Source: Stylophora pistillata
Taxonomy: Eukaryota
Direction: 5' to 3'
Length of the DNA: 64,000 nucleotides
Assembly: GCF_002571385.2 (NCBI RefSeq)
Contig: NW_019217945.1
Coordinates: 227,412 to 291,411 of the forward strand
In this document: in pieces, positions 62,925 through 64,000 of the stretch
Layout: every line of letters starts with the position of its first letter
Numbering within the stretch: the stretch's first letter is position 1
Position numbers and translations under genes: made by a program
The notes under the pieces: generated by a model
What the model was told of the DNA's origin: nothing
Database searches by the model: none
The model's input: the letters and a program-made list of their open reading frames with translations, nothing else

Positions 62925-64000
62925 CAGTGGATCTTCTAAGTCCACAAAAAAGCCCTGACTTTCATAATTGCACAAAATATACAGGTAAACAAACTCTTCC
63001 TAACGAGCTAAAAATTTTGTCCCAGAATTCCGCCTCTTCACGAAGATACAAACACATGAATATTGAAACAAAAATTCGTTACTAAGCTTTTGTTAAGACG
63101 TTGGAACAGCGAGCGAAATCCGGTGTTCAAACTCATTAACAAAATGCTATTGTTTCAATATTTAGAGGGGGTTTTCTCGGCCCACAAAAGAGCTGTAACT
63201 TTGTTGAGATACAAATTGTTGCAAAATCCTTTTCACGGAGATATAAACGTGTGAATATTGAAACAATAGAGATTTGTTGATGAGCTTTTGGTGAGTTGTT
63301 AGAACCAATGGCTAAAAGAAGTTTTCAAACTCATTAAAAAATTTCTCTTGTTTCAATATTCAGAAGAGATTTGAAGTTGTCCAGGAATTCTCCTTTTTCG
63401 CAGAGAGATAAAAGCATGAGCAAAATTCTACCGTTTTAATATTAAGAGAGAATATTCTCGGCCCACAAAAGAGCTGTAGCTTTGACACTTGCACACAATA
63501 CTCAGCTAATCACGCTCTTTCTAACGAGGTATAAATTGTCCAGGAGTTCCTCTTTCTCGAAGAGATATAAACTGAATATCGAAAGATTAGAAATTCTTTA
63601 ATGAGCTTTTGGTTAATCTGGAAGAACCACTGGCAAAAACTAGCTTTCAATGTCATAAACAAAATTCTATTGTTTTAATATTCAGAGAGGATTTTGTCGA
63701 CCCACAAAAGAGCTTTGATTAGCTTTGAACGGCTTGCACACAATACACAGCTAATCACGCTCTTTCTAACGGGCTATGAATTGGCAAGGAGTTCCCCTTT
63801 TTCGCAGAGATACAAAAGCATGAGCAGAATTGTATTACTTAATATTCTATAATTTGTCCTGGAAGTTTTCTTTTTTGAGTTTAAAGCTCGTTTTAGCCAG
63901 TCGCTTTCCATATTAACCAAAACCTCATTAACGAATTTTATTGTTTTCATAATCAGAGAGGATTTTCTCGGCCCACAATGGAGCTGTAGCTTTGACACTT
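62925..64000. repeat. Degenerate tandem array, ~240-280-bp unit, running off the window
   Basis: ttctcggcccacaaaagagctgta recurs at about 63175, 63456, 63695 and 63965, with cacacaatac.cagctaatcacgctctttctaacg repeats. Confidence 0.75.

Overview
AT-rich, intron-rich animal genomic DNA. Gene content and repeat families suggest an anthozoan cnidarian, probably a scleractinian coral (inference, not verified). Reading splice sites by hand gives six protein-coding genes, two of them largely or wholly missed by the ORF track. (1,2) Two tandem class-A GPCR paralogs of GPR161/GPR101-like type (+; the first is 5'-truncated by the window edge). (3) A 4-exon, 106-aa TEX43/SPMIP10-like sperm microtubule inner protein gene (-). 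(4) An opsin with an intronless CDS and K296/E181/Y113 equivalents (+). (5) A 9-exon CNPPD1 gene (-). (6) A ~23-exon, ~1805-aa SIPA1L/SPAR-type RapGAP-PDZ-coiled-coil gene (+), head-to-head with CNPPD1, with candidate alternative and internal first exons. Introns and intergenic DNA hold a decayed Ty3/Gypsy-like pol, LINE 3' fragments, tRNA-derived repeats, Penelope-type repeats with minimal hammerhead-ribozyme motifs, an intron-containing Crypton-like remnant, several MITEs with visible TIRs/TSDs, hairpins and a terminal tandem array. Family assignments come from remembered motifs; no database search was run.
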